A DNA stretch of 52,005 nucleotides, the filler included, from Bipalium vagum (Eukaryota): NCBI GenBank assembly GCA_037834085.1. It is 3 parts of 3 records of this genome, joined end to end, with 100 filler letters (N's around TTAATTAATTAA, not from the genome) between each part and the next. Parts side by side here need not be neighbours in the genome. Positions count along the whole stretch, not along the records: positions 16,187 to 33,365 come from JBBMKC010075596.1; positions 33,466 to 52,005 come from JBBMKC010025917.1; 1 more part is not named here. One strand, written 5' to 3'. Below the pieces are notes generated by a model, which saw only the letters and a list, made by a program, of their open reading frames with translations, did not search any database and had not been told where the DNA came from. Of the stretch, positions 25,198 through 37,329 are shown piece after piece (within the stretch, counting starts at the first letter, position 1; each line of letters opens with the position of its first letter). The position numbers were made by a program, and so were the translations under genes.

Positions 25198-25499
25198 GTA
25201 TCGAATTTTGACGTATACCGTAGTGCTTTTGAGAGCTCAGATTTTTCTTTTATAATTCATAAATTTTACAAGTCGTATAAATATTATTTTTGATCTCACA
25301 TCTACTGTTAATGATATGCACATGAGTATATTGATTTTTTTTACATATTGCGAATATTCATTATCTATACGTAGTTGTAATAGAAATTTAATTATTTATT
25401 TTTAATTTTCATTAGTGTATTAATAGGTACACTTTTAAAAATTATATTATGAGTTTTCTTTAACTTTTCAGACGAATTTTTGCAGAAATAAGATCGCGC

Positions 25500-26660
25500 A
25501 ATAGTTTTAGATAAGCGAAAAATTTTTATGATTGCTGATAATTGTACTGCACAGCTGACAGTTAAATTTTAAAATGTTGAACTAATTTTCTAATCATCTA
25601 TTACAACATCAATCACCCAATCGTTAGATAAAAATGTTTATCAAAAATTTAAAACTGTACTATCAAAATTTGCTGTCAAAAAAAGTGTTAGACTGCACCA
25701 TTCTCCATTTTAGTGGAATATTTTTGATGCGGTCATAACCATAAAGTCTAACCATATAATTTTTTTGTCTAAAGGGTTTTATCAATAGTTCCAAAATAGT
25801 TCCAACAGACTAGAAAAAACACAGATTTTTTAAGATCTGGAAGAGGCTGCGATATTTGCTTTGATCAGTTGCAACCAATAAATTCGTGCATAGATACCGA
25901 TTCTAGTGATGAGTGTATTACTGAAACCCTGACAGAATTATAGAAAACTGAAATCGTATGCGTATCTGAATCAGATAAATATTGAATAAAGTGAATCAGA
26001 AAAATGAAATTGATGAATTTCCGGCGCCTACAATACTGTAAGTTAGATTTTCACTGAAAACAATTATGTTTTTAGCACTCGCAAAAGACCAGAAATCTTT
26101 TCTATATAGAGTAAATTTAAAGAGGTTTGAAGTATACATTACCAAACTTCCGAAGAAACAGAGGTCAATATAGACTAACATTGTGGTTTTGCTTTAAAGT
26201 TACTGTTAACGACAAATGAAAATTTAATATTTATTTTATATTAAATCAACGAAAAACAAATAAAACTTCAAAAAGTAACCTATTTCATACAAGTCTTATT
26301 TCATATACTTCGTATGAATTGTAATATTCCAATCAAGTCTGAGTATAGCACGGTCAGCTGTAATGGTTGTATTATCTATTATTCGAGCTTCTGGGAATTT
26401 TATTATAAAACAATGACGCAAATCAGTTTAGGAGCGCAAAAATTATTAAAGTACTGTGATTAATATGATGCTGAAGACATTGTGAGTCAAAATTTAAGGA
26501 ATTTAGAGTTTGGCCTTTTAGAAAGGATATTCAATTGACAGCTCTTAAAAAATTGAAAGCTCTATATTTTATGGAAATTTATTGTGAATCGAAAATATTT
26601 TGAAAATTTTGAGTTTAATAATACAAAAAAGTATCTCAATATAAAGACACGTTGTGGGTA
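25500..26660 (+). mobile_element. Highly degraded hAT-like transposase remnant
   Basis: Scattered fragments AKDQKSF, LEFGLLE..DI and LNIKTRC (compare LD.KTRW); no long ORF. Confidence 0.35.
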
Positions 26661-27309
26661 AAATTTTCAGAACTAAATATAAGCTAAAATTTTTAATTGT
26701 GAGCTAAATAATAGTTTAACAAAAGCCTATCTATATTTCCGTATTTTCATGTCCATGTGAAATAAGAATTTGTTTGGTTTCCTGAACATAAAATTATTAG
26801 ATACTAGTTCTTGTGTATTATTGGAGTCTTAATTGAAGTCAATTTAAATTGTGATATTTGGTTTCAACTGATTGTAAACTTATTCAATCCCTTAATCCCT
26901 TAATACAAATATTACAGAGGAACCAATGCAAAAGTAGAAACAAAATATAATTTGAGGTTACCTAGATTACCGACCATCGTCTTTCTACTGTGGAAACTCA
27001 ACAATACTCCCAAATTCTACAGTGACACAAGGAAAGACAAAAAAATAAATTAAAACAAAAGGTCAGTAAAATCAACAACCAGGTATGTCGATTTTGTAAA
27101 GGACTCATTAAATTATTAAAAAATAATAAACTTGTGATCAAAATTCATTTTTGTTGTGAATTTTTATTGTTTATGTTGTAAAATTTTACCGTATTTAAAC
27201 TTCAAAATTCAAAGATTTAATAATGATTTCATTATTATAAATAATTATAATAATCACAAAATTAAATAATTGCAATTATTAAAATCTATAAATTAACTTT
27301 TAAAATTTT

Positions 27310-28110
27310 AACCACACTAAGAAAACCGAGAAAGGTAATAAGCAAAGAACTGCGTGATATTACACTACGTCTTTTAACAGCGGGAGAGCGAACTGTTCCA
27401 GAAGTATCTAGGAATTTAGAAATCAGTAGGTCGAGCATGAACAACATACTAAAAGCACATGAACAAGATAAGCCCTTTGTACCTGTTACTGAAAATGTAA
27501 AACCACTTGTCGCCAATACAGAATGAACTTTAGACCAATTGAGCAAACGATTTATACAAGTATTTTTTGCAATAATGCACAAATTCAAGGCGACCTCATT
27601 GAAAAGATAAGAAAAAATATTACGTTAGAATTTCAAAATCTACGTTATCAAGGAAATTAAGAAAATAATGTTCCACGTAAAGGACTTACTCCAAGTTCTA
27701 TTGAAAGAAATATGAATAATAAAATCAATGCGATATAATATAAAGGCGGTTCAAAATGTCCCTGAGAATCAAGAACCAAATTAGTCTACTCTATGCGATT
27801 GGAATTCATGATGTTACTGCTCATGAATATGTTAGATCTTATAATGCTGAATTATTTATGAATTTTACTGAAGAAAATCTTGCACCCTATTTCCAATCAA
27901 ATCCTGACAAAATACTGAAGCTGTTTTAGAACTCCCCTCAGCAAAAAGAATCACCTATTAATATGTAATTCCATATTCAACAGAATTGAACCCGAAAGAA
28001 GAGTTTTTTTTCTCTGAAAGCCCAATTTGCTGCATTGCGCAAGAAAAACAGAGAACTCTTCATTGGAGAATGTATTGAGCAAATTCTTGCATGTAATGTT
28101 ACAAATGTTT
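27310..28110 (+). mobile_element. IS630/Tc1-like transposase remnant
   Basis: HTH-like RTVPEVSRNLEISRSSMNNILK and C-terminal YVIPYSTELNPKEEFF (compare LPPYSPELNPIEEFF). Confidence 0.7.
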
Positions 28111-28635
28111 ATACGTCTTTAAATATTTTTAAAAATGGTCTCAGATTTAAATAAAAATTATGAAAATTATAACGTAGGCCGCAATAGAATGAAAATAATA
28201 ATGCAAATTCATCGAAATAACAATAATTTTATAATAATAATTCATTTAAAAGTTAATAAGTAATTAAATCAATTAATTGCAAAACTCTAAGTTACTGTGC
28301 AAAAGTTGCTGTATAAATTGTAATGAAAATTTTAGAAATTTCAAAATAAAGATAGTATCTTTTGCTATTGTAAGTGGAAAACATTAAATAATAAAAGTTG
28401 AGAGAAATATATTAAATAAAATTTGATATCAAATTATCAAAAATATTTCCTTCTAGAAACAGAGCAAAAGATTATACTGGAGGACTGAAGAATTTTAATC
28501 TAAAATAACTTACAAAAGTTTTGATATTACATTTTATTCGAATTTTTATGAATATATATTTATTGAAGTTTATAATAAATTTGTTTTTATATTTATTTGT
28601 TAAAGTTAATCAATATTTCATTATTTGCATTTAAA

Positions 28636-29440
28636 ATGTTCAAATACGACAATAATAATAAAGTGAAAATTGTTGAGTTTTCTACTCAAATAGAAAATCA
28701 ATTATTCAAACGCAGAGAAACTACCGAAGAAATTCTAATGTTAAAGAAGCTACCAGTGACAACATGATTAGAAATATAATTAAACGATTTGAAGAAACTG
28801 GGTCTGTTGCCTATTTTACTAAAAAGGAAAACTTTGCACACTGAATTGATGGTCGAATCAATTTGGCAAAGCGTTCAAGAACATCCAACAACTTCTGCAC
28901 GTCGTCGGTTTGCTCAAGTTGTATTTGCAGAACTACACTTCGAACAATTTTGTAAAAGAACTTGAAAATTTTCCCATATAAAATTCAATCAACTCAAGTT
29001 CTTCTCCCAACAGATAATGCTGTCCGTTTGAATTGTGCTATTCGTTTTCAGAAGTTAGCAAGAGATAATGTCATCTTTTTGAACAATCTGATAATGAGCG
29101 ATGAAGCCCATTTTTATCTGAACGGAGTTGTCAATAAACAGAATGTGAGGTTATGGGACTTTAACCTGCATCTATTGCATTCTTGAAAATGCACTGTTTG
29201 GTGTGGGGTAATATCTGACAGAATTATTGGACCTTATTTTTTCGAAGATTATGAGGAACGTCCAGAAAGAATTACTGGTGCTGCCTACAGGACAATGATT
29301 GAAAATTTTCTAAGTAGTTGAAGATAACAAAGAAATTTAGTTTCAACAAGATGGTGCTACTGCACACACTGCCGCTAAAACAATGAATCTTTTGCACGAA
29401 GTCTTTGGTGAAAGATTAATTTCCAAAGATGTTGAATTTT
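28636..29440 (+). mobile_element. rosa (DD41D)-like transposon, 3'-truncated
   Basis: IIKRFEETGSV, FPYKIQSTQVL, MSDEAHFYLNGVVNKQNVRLW, TVWCGV..RIIGPYFFED, FQQDGATAHTA. Confidence 0.9.
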
Positions 29441-29449
29441 ATTAGTCAA

Positions 29450-30346
29450 GTAGCAACTATATTAAATTTTAAATAAATTTGTTCTGTGGCTTCACAAACC
29501 TACTCGTTCACAACAACCAATAACATTAAATAAATAATCAAGGAACCTCTGAATTTGTCAGCTTGCTTCACTAAAAACTTCTATCCAATTTCATTTAACA
29601 AAATTAAATAATCTTCCATTGAGAATCCAATGAGAAGAAAAAGAAAAGACAATCTTTTTCTCACTTCACAAGAAAGCAATCTGCTTTCAACTACACAAAG
29701 TCAACCAAGTAAATTACTGTCACACGTGGAAGTCTCTAGACACTCAGTGCAGTTGTTGAATAATTTCTTTTGTGACTGGAACTTTGTCACTAAATCAAGA
29801 AACTGAAATTTACTGAAACTCAATCACAGACATTCCAGTAAGTATTATTAATACGATGCCGATTCTGCAACTATAAGTTAGAAAACCAAGCCCCCTGTTA
29901 CATGACCAAAGTGAATCAGCCACACAACAAAATCAATGAAGAACTAGTTTATTTTCCGCAAAATAGGAACTGCAGAATTTACATTAACAGCACAGTGCAG
30001 AACCTCGACTCATCTAATCGCCCGAACATTCAATTTTTTAATCACGGACATAAACATATCTTACTGCTGGACATCAAACCGATGAGTGGGACTTCATGGT
30101 CACAGCAAGGATCAACAATGAAAAGGATCTGGCTGAAATGACTAGGAAAGCTCATCATTTTCACTGTGGAAATCATTGTGGTTGGATCTCTTGGCTCTTG
30201 GGACGTTGAAAAATGACGCTACGAAGATGATCGGGCTCAATTCAAACGATATGAACAAAGCTACTACAATTATGATTCGCATAAGTATCCATGCAAGCCG
30301 GAATATCTAGGTAGAGCATAAAAGTGGAATTCCTCAAAGATATTGA
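29450..30346 (+). mobile_element. Non-LTR retrotransposon 3' part, RLE type (NeSL/Utopia-like)
   Basis: FCDWNFVTKSR (compare DWRFIHRARLN), zinc knuckle CRFCNYKLE, RPNIQF...ILLLDIK, IIVVGSLGSWD, ASRNI*VEHKSG; decayed. Confidence 0.8.
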
Positions 30347-30959
30347 ACCAATCTGATGATTCTGCTCAACTTAAAATTAAAAAAACTATTGATTACGTTA
30401 TTCTATTGTGATTTTCTTTATCTTTCTATGCTTTCTGCTATTTTCATTTATGTATTCTTTTCCCTTCTTATGTAAAGATTTTTATACCATGGTGATCAAT
30501 CGACTTCCATGTCTCTTATTGTATCTTACGTTATAAGAAAAATATTTTTTCTTACCCTCTGGATCCAAACCAAGAATCTCAATACCAAAGTGGAGATTCT
30601 TAGTTTAACTGTGGACTTATTAGTTGATAAGGTTTATGTTCTTTAATTATTAACCTAATAATAAATGATTTTAGAAACTACTTAAAGTTTCTCATTTGAT
30701 TTATTTTAACTGTAATTTCAAATTCATTAACCCAGCACTACTTAAGATTTTTTGCTTCATAGCAGTGGTTGAAACTGAAGACGTTTTTGTTTGTGATATC
30801 GAAATTGTAATTCATGATCGTATCACAATTATTGTACATTCAAATTTTGGCTTGGGTTTTCTGAACCCATAAATTAGTAAAGTATAAATTAGGAAAAAAT
30901 ATCATTTACACTAAGACTAGACAATGACAAGAAATTTAAGTAAAAATACTTAGTAAAAA

Positions 30960-31560
30960 CTTATTTTCCACAAATTTTAAATACACAATCAACGTTCAAA
31001 TCCAAAGCTTGTAATACCGAACTTTTAATCGTGATGATGATTTACAGGTGAAATATGTCAATTTTTTGAAAGACTTGTATATTCGATTTTGGACAGAAAT
31101 TCGCATAACACAAAATTTTTGTTCCAATATCCATTTTCATATTTTTGAAGTGATTTATAATAGAGTACCAAAAAAAGTCCTGTACGATAATCAATGAGTT
31201 TTAATTGCTACCTCAATAGCCTCACTGCAAAAATATTCTTTATTAAACATTTTTTGTTAATCTATTTCCTGATAACTTTTGCTCATTAATTTCCTGATAA
31301 TCATTGTTTTTAATAATTTGAGTCGATTGTGTAATTATGGAATTGTCTTGTATCGTGGATTTATAACTTTTGATTAAGAAAAATTTGATCAAATAAGTTT
31401 TAAAGACAAAATTTTCGGTTCAACCATTATTGATAATAAAAAATTCTGTTAGTTATCATGTGTTAATAACCTTCAAGAATGTTACTTTACCCATAATATA
31501 ATCTGCAGCAGTAAAGACTATAAAATTATGAGATAATTTTATAAAGTCTTTACTAATTTT
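30960..31560 (-). mobile_element. pogo-like DDE transposase remnant
   Basis: Minus-strand SVLQALDLNVDCVFK (compare TS.LQPLD..V...FK). Confidence 0.5.
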
Positions 31561-32089
31561 AATTTGCATAATTCTATCATGTAAATTAATCGTACTTGTA
31601 TTTTAAATAAAAATATATTAACAATTATAATTATTTATTCCTATTAAATTATACACAATTATCAAAAATAATCTTACTATATCTATTTTCATTTGAAATG
31701 TTATTATAAATATTTAAACAAACTGATTTAACCATAAACTTATTTTAAATTATAATTATAAAACTATTTTAAAATATTCAAAATGTCAAAGAAAAAATCA
31801 AAAATTTTTAAACTTGATTAGACATAAAGTACTTATATAAAATTTATTTAATTTATTTGATATTAATAATCCATAGGATACTAAAATGTAAATTAAATAA
31901 ATTGATTCAGTTCTGATAATTTATTATTAATGAATTATATTCATTTAAGATTTAATACAATCGATTCATTTGATTATTTATTATTTTTCTTATTAATTAT
32001 TTTTAAATGAATTATTATCGATAATTACTGAATGTTATCCATATTTGATTGTTTGACAGTTACATTGACCTAAATGTAATTTCTGTTCT

Positions 32090-32280
32090 ATATTTCCATT
32101 AAAAAGGTTTCCAAAATGAGGCAATGTTGTAACGCGATTTGTCAGAAAACGACCTAATACAAAGAATTAATTTTGTTAATAGTTTTCTATCTTAGTTGAA
32201 ATTAGAGTAGTTCTTGAATCGAATTTTTTGTGGGAATCATCAACCAAGAAGAGGTAAAGATGAGGAGCTATTGGGAAGGA
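32090..32280 (+). mobile_element. Short rosa/mariner-like fragment
   Basis: RDLSENDLIQRINFVNSFL...FLNRIF resembles the L.E.D...R..F...FL.RI.F block. Confidence 0.4.
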
Positions 32281-32589
32281 TTGCAGTTTCATCAAACATT
32301 TAAAGCTGATTTTGTTTATTTGTGATAGCAAACATTTTAATCTAGACATTTTAATTGTATCTGAACATTTTAATTTGTCATCAAATATTGTATTAGTGAT
32401 TTAGTGATTCAATTTAATTAATTTTTTTTAAATAATATAGATTAATAATGGTAATAAACAGTAATGAACAATGGTAATAAAAACTAATCGATAACAGTAA
32501 TTTTTCTCTTCAATATTTTTAGAACTTCAAATTTTTAAGTATGGGTTTCACTATCAATAAATCAATAAGAAGTAAATTTGATCGACAGA

Positions 32590-33300
32590 CCCGTATAGAG
32601 TTTTAAAAAATATCAAAACTGATAAATGACACAGCAACCGGCAATATATTCATCATTATAATAATAAAGTAAATAATAATAAAAAGAATAAAATAATATA
32701 ACCTAAAAACATGTCCACAAGGCCGTGTAGCAGGATCGAAGTGGCGGCGGGATTGGAGCGGTGAGTGGGGTCTGAAACTTACTAATAATAGATTAAATAA
32801 TAATAATAAATTAAAATAAGTTAATAATAATAAAATTAAAAATAATACTTGGGTAAATCAGCAGGCAGAATCAGAGAAAGATGGATAATGAATAATGAAA
32901 ATTACTTGGTGCGTGAGCGCCAGAGTAATTTGTCAGGTTGAAATTTGATAGTAGGTTGGGGCATACGCGGAGTGCAATAATAATAAAAATGATATGATGG
33001 GTTGGGGGTGGTGGAGCATGAAAAAAAATTATATAATATTGAGTTTATAATTATTATTTATTATTTATTTATTATTGAGTATATAATAATGATGGTATAA
33101 TTTTTACGATATTAACTCACTATGAACCCTGTCGTAACACTAGCTCGCAAAATTACTGACCCCTTCACTGAGCCTATACGTATACGCAAATAAATGAATC
33201 AAACAATTATGAATAACACTTTATTGTAAAATAACAATACAAGTGTTCCTACACAAAAAGAAAAATCAAATATTGTCCCACTAAAAATAATAATAATAAT
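32590..33300 (-). repeat. Unclassified dispersed repeat, copy 2, with an extra ~350-bp GC-rich segment
   Basis: Homologous to 16960-17360 on both sides of a GC-rich block (about 32710-33060) that copy 1 lacks. Confidence 0.75.
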
Positions 33301-33365
33301 CAATAATCAAATAATTAAATGTTAAGATCAAATAAGTGTTTAAAAAGAAAGAAAAACAAATGAAT

Positions 33366-33465
33366 NNNNNNNNNNNNNNNNNNNNNNNNNNNNNNNNNNN
33401 NNNNNNNNNTTAATTAATTAANNNNNNNNNNNNNNNNNNNNNNNNNNNNNNNNNNNNNNNNNNNN
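33366..33465. other. Artificial scaffold-joining spacer (N44-TTAATTAATTAA-N44)
   Basis: Identical to 16087-16186. Confidence 0.95.
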
Positions 33466-33471
33466 TATTCC

Positions 33472-33542
<71 letters not shown>
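33472..33542. repeat. (TTA)n microsatellite, about 23 units
   Basis: Perfect TTA run at the start of the third scaffold piece. Confidence 0.97.
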
Positions 33543-34450
33543 GTTCTCAAGTTCTTATTTTACTTAGAAATGGAATGAAAAAAGATTTTTTGTTTCCCTA
33601 ATTAGAATGAAATCTTTCCTTCTGCAATTAACGAAATGAATGAATAGAGTAAATATTTCTGTATGATTAGATAAAGACAGCAGTAGATGTCTCAGCATAA
33701 TTATTTCTTAACCAATGTTGAAGGAATATTGCAAAAAGCAATTAATAATATTGATGCTTAAAAAATTACATGATATAATTTATACGCTAGTTTCATTTTT
33801 CTGCGATAAATCAAATTTTGTTTAAATTTCAATTCTCTTTTTGTTATATTACGTGAGTCAAAATAAAAATGATTTAATGTGATATTAGGTTTTAATAAGC
33901 AAATAAGGCAGGAAAATTCTTTCTTTATAAAATGAAATGAGATATTTTGTATTGTAAAGTGTATAACAGCCAATGAAAAATTATTTTTAAAATTTAAAAT
34001 ATTATTTATATTTTGTTTTTTTACATAACAAATACATGACCAATAAATTCATAATAAAATATTAAAATGTTTATTTACTATTATTTTGACTTTAAATATG
34101 AGCTGTAGAAAAAAGTCCTTAGACTCAAACGAAAATTAAGTCCATAAAACTTTCTACATAAAACCATTAATATACACTACTGCTCAAAAGTATATATATT
34201 AGCAGGTACTAAAAATTTAAAATGTAACATGAATAGATCATATTCATAAGGGTAATGAAAAAGGGTAAACTAATTTTTCAAAAAATTTTATTCAGATTAT
34301 ACAAATAGTCTGGTTATTTATGCTAGTTTGCAAATCTCAAATTAAATTTTATTTGATTTAAATTAATGATTTCAAAAACTGAAGGGTGCGTGAATGTCGA
34401 AATTTGAAATAAAATTCATTCTTAACTTTTGCACTTATTTGTCGACTCCA

Positions 34451-35727
34451 CTAAAGTGTCTCATGTGTTATATTATCTTTATTCAACAAAAATTCAAACG
34501 TAGAAAAATGTATATTACAATCATATTTAATTTTCAAAGTATAAGCCATTATGTTCTATGACTTTAAGCGATCTTTCAGCCAAAATTTGGATTCCAGCTT
34601 GATACCACTCTGCAAATTTCGAGGCGAAGAACTCCTGGACCCCAGCATTGACCTCGTTAAAGTTCTCGAAGGTCCTACCTCGAAGGAAGTGTGCCATATT
34701 CCGGAACAAGTAGTAATCACAGAGGGCCAAGTCCGGTGAATAGGCTAGATAAGGTAAAAGTTCACATCCGTCCAGTTCTCCGATTTTCTACTGCACCATT
34801 CTTGAATTGTGTGCTAGTGCATTTTCGCTGCAGGAGAATGTGGCGTCTGTTGACCAAAGCCGGATATTTGCGAGCCAAAACAGCGTACATCCGGTCCAGC
34901 TGTTGAGTATAGAGTTCGGCATTGATGGCATGACCATCTGGGACCAACTCGTAGTGGGCGACGTCCTCGAAATTCCACCAGGCGCAGAACCTTCTGTTCG
35001 AACCTCATGTGTTTGACAACGGGTTTTGGTAGGTCATCAGGTGTTAACCAGTGGTTCTGAGTATTTGGATTCCTGAAAAATATCCAATTTTTATCACTAG
35101 TAACTATGCGTCGAATTTGGCACATATTGGAGGTGCTTTTGGTGAGCTCCCGGCAGACCTCCACTCTTCGTTGAGCTAGTGCTGGTGTCAGCTCATGGGC
35201 ACTACTCCACAGCGTCTGTAGACCATCCCAAGCTCTTGCAACTTTTTGTGAACGGTGGATTTTATGCTTCCAGTTCACCTGACAATCTCCACTTGCTTGT
35301 TGTGGACTCTCTTCTGCTGCTGCCGTCACCATCCCTAGATCCACAGTCGATGGCCTTCCCAATTTCGGTCGATATTCCAGGCTGGTGTCCCTATCATTGA
35401 ATATTTTGAACTATCTCGACACAATTATTTTGTTGGTACTACCCTGACTTTCAACTGCACAGATTTCGGCTGCAGTTACTTGTGCGCTTAAACCTTCTTT
35501 CCTGAAGAACCTACTTACTGCCCTAAGCGACATTTTTTCATCCATTTTAGCAAATAAAACTACCCCAATTATTGATATATTGAAATACAATCAATGCGAT
35601 ATTCTTAATCCTCTAAAAGATTAACCTTGAAATGATAACTATATTTTCTTAGCAGAACAACGAGTGTTAAAAAAACAATCGATAGATAATTATGGTGATA
35701 AAGTAACTAACATATGGGACACCCTAA
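34451..35727 (-). mobile_element. Full-length mariner (DD34D) with disrupted transposase (35545-34527), unusually GC-rich
   Basis: TIRs CTAAAGTGTCTCATGTGTTA at 34451 and ...TAACATATGGGACACCCTAA|TA at 35727. Motifs GRPS, AHELTPALAQRRVEVCREL, RIVTSDKNWIFF, DYYLFRNMAHFLRGRTF, HNGLYFEN*. Confidence 0.92.
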
Positions 35728-35848
35728 TATTATATACAAAATTTTATTTCAAAACAAATTTACATGCTAGATGAATACAATTAAGATCTTTATACAAGAT
35801 AATAATCACGAATGTGTATCACAGATAATTATTGTTACAATCAATAGT

Positions 35849-37172
35849 TCATAATAAATTTTCATCAAAATTGTTCAATGAGGAGCTGTCTTCATTTTCG
35901 TCGGCGTTGTTGTGGTAGATCATTATGTTATCAGCTATTTTATCAACATCCAAAGCAACAAAACTTGACATTGACCTAGCCCGATGAAAAGTCCATTGTG
36001 CGGTGCTCCATTTAATATTTGAAGAGACAGAACAAGGCAATTGTATTGATGATTTTCTTCTTCAGTCCCAGTTTTGATAGTATTGTGTTATTCCTCTTAA
36101 CACCAACGATAAAGGTGTCTTGTTCAACGATTCTTCCTGGAAGTGCTTTTTGAGTTTGTTTCCTTATATCGTCGTAGTGAGCCAGGTTTTGGTAATGTTT
36201 CCATTACATGTTCTTTTCAGTGTCAAATTGGTATTTGACATCGATTAGAAAAAGTTTTTTTGATTTCGTGAATTCAATTTGCAGGTCAATGTGCAATGTT
36301 GCTTGAATGTATTGAATCTCAACATTGGCATATACTTTCGCCTCTGTGTAAGATAAGAGTTGCTTGAATGTATTGAATTTCAACATTGACATATACTTTC
36401 GCCTCTGTGTAAGATAAGAGTTGTTGAGCTAGATAATCTTGAATTGAATTGTGACGAGAAAGGATAAATATTCTCGAAGACACACATCCGACGAGAACAT
36501 ATGGTACTGATTCTTCTGATTCTGGGCATCTGCGACATCCTCTCTTTGCGCTTACATGCCTTGCATTTATTTAGATAGAGTATGATCGTGCTCGATGGAT
36601 AAAATACCATGCTGAGATAGATATTTTCCCTGAAATATTGATGTTACTAACAGTTTTGAAGACCCAATACTTGTGGCAAGTCTTCCAGCACTTTGTTGAC
36701 CACTCCATTTGTTATTCCATGAGTTTTGTAACAGTGTATGAAGTAATTTTGATAAGCATTTTGAGTCTCCAAGATTGATTAGGCCTTCACGCTTCATTTC
36801 TGGTTCAAGGCATTAGTCAAATTTGAGGCAAATGCCTTTTTCATTTTTTATGAATGATAAGGTGATAGAATGCCTATTTTTCAATTGGGAGATAGCAGCT
36901 CTAATTTTTGTCCACCAATTTTTCAGTTGACAATGTTTATCGCCTTTATTTAGCAATGTAAGAGCATCCTCAGTTGAGTACAACCGAGAACCTGTTGAGA
37001 TTTTGGTCGAATTATAAAGACACGAAATGAAAATATTCGCAGTGATGTCATCAACAGAAGACAATACCAATACAATTGGTAATTGAAAGCTTTGTGTCAG
37101 TGATTGTGTATGATATTCATCTAAAATTGAGACCAGACCAACCACTCCAACCTTTCGAGAAAAATGTTGCAT
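35849..37172 (-). mobile_element. Non-LTR retrotransposon 3' part, RLE type (R2/NeSL/HERO group)
   Basis: WSGQQSAGR, zinc knuckle CKACKRKE...NQYH, DLQIEFTKSKKLFLIDVKYQFD, DTFIVG..NNTILSKLG, WS..QWTFH; several frameshifts. Confidence 0.75.
36298..36423. repeat. 61-bp tandem duplication inside the retrotransposon remnant
   Basis: GTTGCTTGAATGTATTGAAT(C/T)TCAACATTG(G/A)CATATACTTTCGCCTCTGTGTAAGATAAGA occurs twice, with 2 mismatches. Confidence 0.95.
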
Positions 37173-37329
37173 TTAATTTAAAGCCATTACTGTTACACAT
37201 ATTTAAAAAAATTCATTGTTCTATTGCATCGATTTATTTTTATTAGTAAAGTATATTTTTCGAAATTATTTGTGCTTATTTGCCATAAAAACATAAATAT
37301 TATTAGACAAATGATCAAAATAAGAGAAT

